Source: Candidatus Saccharimonadales bacterium (GTDB lineage Bacteria; Patescibacteriota; Saccharimonadia; Saccharimonadales; JACQNP01). Taken from it: 24,000 nt of DNA. Location of the stretch: positions 109,070-133,069 of the forward strand of contig JAXLZX010000002.1 of assembly GCA_046350695.1 (NCBI GenBank), read 5' to 3'. The first letter of the stretch is position 1. The number at the start of each line of letters is the position of its first letter. Position numbers and translations under genes: made by a program. The notes under the pieces were generated by a model. That model was given only the letters and a program-made list of their open reading frames with translations, searched no databases and was not told the DNA's origin. Positions 22,771-24,000 of this stretch are shown piece by piece.

Positions 22771-24000
22771 CTACTCTGTACGTAGCGCTTCGATTGGATC
22801 AAGCTTCGCGGCCTTGCGCGCCGGTAACAAACCCGCAATAGTTGCCACAACAACTAATAGCAGAATCAATATTACTATTTGCTTTATATCGAATACAAGT
22901 AGACTATCGTCACCAAGCTCTAGTGTTTTGGTAATCCACGGATTCAGCAGTGTCCCCAGAGCAAACGCCAACGTTGCGCCTATTGCGCCACCGATAAAGC
23001 CAATCCAGGCGGCTTCAAACCTAAACAGTCTACCCACATCTTTCTTTCTCATCCCAAGAGCTTTCATTAAGCCGATTTCTCTCGTACGTTGCAGTACGCT
23101 TATATACATAGTGTTAATGACTCCAAATAGTGAAGCAATCAAGGCAATCATACCGAATGTAATAACAATCCCTCTTAGTACTCCAATAATTTGGTTCAAA
23201 AATTCTTGAGTATCCTTAACGCTCTGTGACGTATATCCCATATTTTTTAAACTATCCTGAACCGCTAACAAATTATCTGGGTTGGTGCCATCTTTGACTT
23301 TTACGAATATATACGAATACTTTTGATAGCCCGGAGTACCTTCTTTAATGATATCGTTTAATCTTTTTGTATCATCAATACCGGCATACATATATAGCTC
23401 TGTTCCGGGCTGAGAAGTTACAGGTTTTTTCATAACGGCAACCACAGTGAAGTCTTCGCTATATTCAGTCTGCTGCTTATTGACCACCAGTTTGACCTTT
23501 TGCCCCACAGCATCATCAGCATTCGAAAAACCAAGAGCAGACAAAAAGCCCTCCGGCAAAAGCAGTTGCTTATCTTTTAATTCGGGTGGTATTTGCCCTG
23601 CCAATAAGTCTGGTTTTTGGTACGGGCTAAATGTACCTACTGCACCAACATATTTTTTCTGACCATCTCGGGTTATATATTTTAGGCTAACCGAAACGCC
23701 CTCCCTAACAGAATCAACACCATCAATTTTTAGGATTGTTTCAATGTCACCCTGGTCTAACTGCTTTATTTGAGTTGGTGCACCCGCCTGTGAAACAGCC
23801 TCACCAAATGAGTCGTCATATTCTTGTGGTTTATTTGTGTTGACTCTGTTGAATACCGCTTCATCAGCTGCCACAATCAATTCCGAGGGATCAAAATTAT
23901 CAGTAATAATTTTATCAACGAACTGTTGGGCACCGTTGCTGGCCGATAGGGTTAGAGTTAGGGCAAAAGCACCAACACCAATAGCCATAGCCGTCAACAA
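22771..24000 (-). CDS. ABC transporter permease, MacB/FtsX-like family; partial, with the N-terminus beyond the window edge.
   Basis: Large extracytoplasmic domain followed by three C-terminal TMs. The LQRTREIGLMKALGMRKKDV amphipathic segment and the terminal LPARKAAKLDPIEALRTE are typical of MacB/LolCE-type permeases. The ORF remains open at position 24000. Confidence 0.8.
   Translation of the reverse strand: MLTAMAIGVGAFALTLTLSASNGAQQFVDKIITDNFDPSELIVAADEAVFNRVNTNKPQEYDDSFGEAVSQAGAPTQIKQLDQGDIETILKIDGVDSVREGVSVSLKYITRDGQKKYVGAVGTFSPYQKPDLLAGQIPPELKDKQLLLPEGFLSALGFSNADDAVGQKVKLVVNKQQTEYSEDFTVVAVMKKPVTSQPGTELYMYAGIDDTKRLNDIIKEGTPGYQKYSYIFVKVKDGTNPDNLLAVQDSLKNMGYTSQSVKDTQEFLNQIIGVLRGIVITFGMIALIASLFGVINTMYISVLQRTREIGLMKALGMRKKDVGRLFRFEAAWIGFIGGAIGATLAFALGTLLNPWITKTLELGDDSLLVFDIKQIVILILLLVVVATIAGLLPARKAAKLDPIEALRTE

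Noticed and set aside
1-24000. Searched for CRISPR repeats, tRNA/rRNA genes, transposases, integrases and long direct or inverted repeats marking mobile elements.
   Set aside because: I saw no periodic repeat-spacer structure, no cloverleaf-like GC-rich segments in the short intergenic gaps and no recombinase-like ORFs. The only repetitive DNA is the Lys-codon-rich low-complexity stretch at about 21216-21419, which encodes the polybasic tail.

Overview
The window is a gene-dense region with 24 coding regions, all on the minus strand. Intergenic gaps are short and several genes show 4-nt ATGA/GTGA start-stop overlaps. I found no rRNA, tRNA, CRISPR array, transposase or integrase. Most genes are core housekeeping: pyrG, an S41 C-terminal protease, ftsE-ftsX with a coiled-coil CHAP hydrolase, prfB, an M16 peptidase, secA, serS, hpf, rsmE, an RNA uracil-5-methyltransferase, msrA and a MacB-type ABC permease. 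The single-strand layout, low-to-moderate GC, use of TGA as a stop and the monoderm-style FtsEX-PcsB-like module suggest a streamlined genome, possibly CPR/Patescibacteria and perhaps Saccharibacteria-like; this is inference only. Five things are worth a second look. (1) A self-contained two-gene operon at 66-2706 encodes a Fic/Doc-fold protein whose core motif reads QAFKDGNKRTAR, with Gln replacing the catalytic His. It is coupled to a roughly 480-aa orphan protein and driven by a near-consensus promoter carrying a perfect palindrome. (2) A heliorhodopsin-like 7-TM protein has Arg in place of the TM7 Schiff-base lysine and carries a roughly 68-aa polylysine N-terminal tail. (3) A -10 box recurs 6-8 nt upstream of ATG at the head of most transcription units, implying leaderless mRNAs. 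(4) A Cas4-like PD-(D/E)XK nuclease overlaps a DUF3137-like membrane protein, with no CRISPR context. (5) A 7-TM protein shows an internal 3+1+3 PQ-loop/SWEET-like duplication. All family calls come from motifs read by eye and recalled family signatures, not from database searches.
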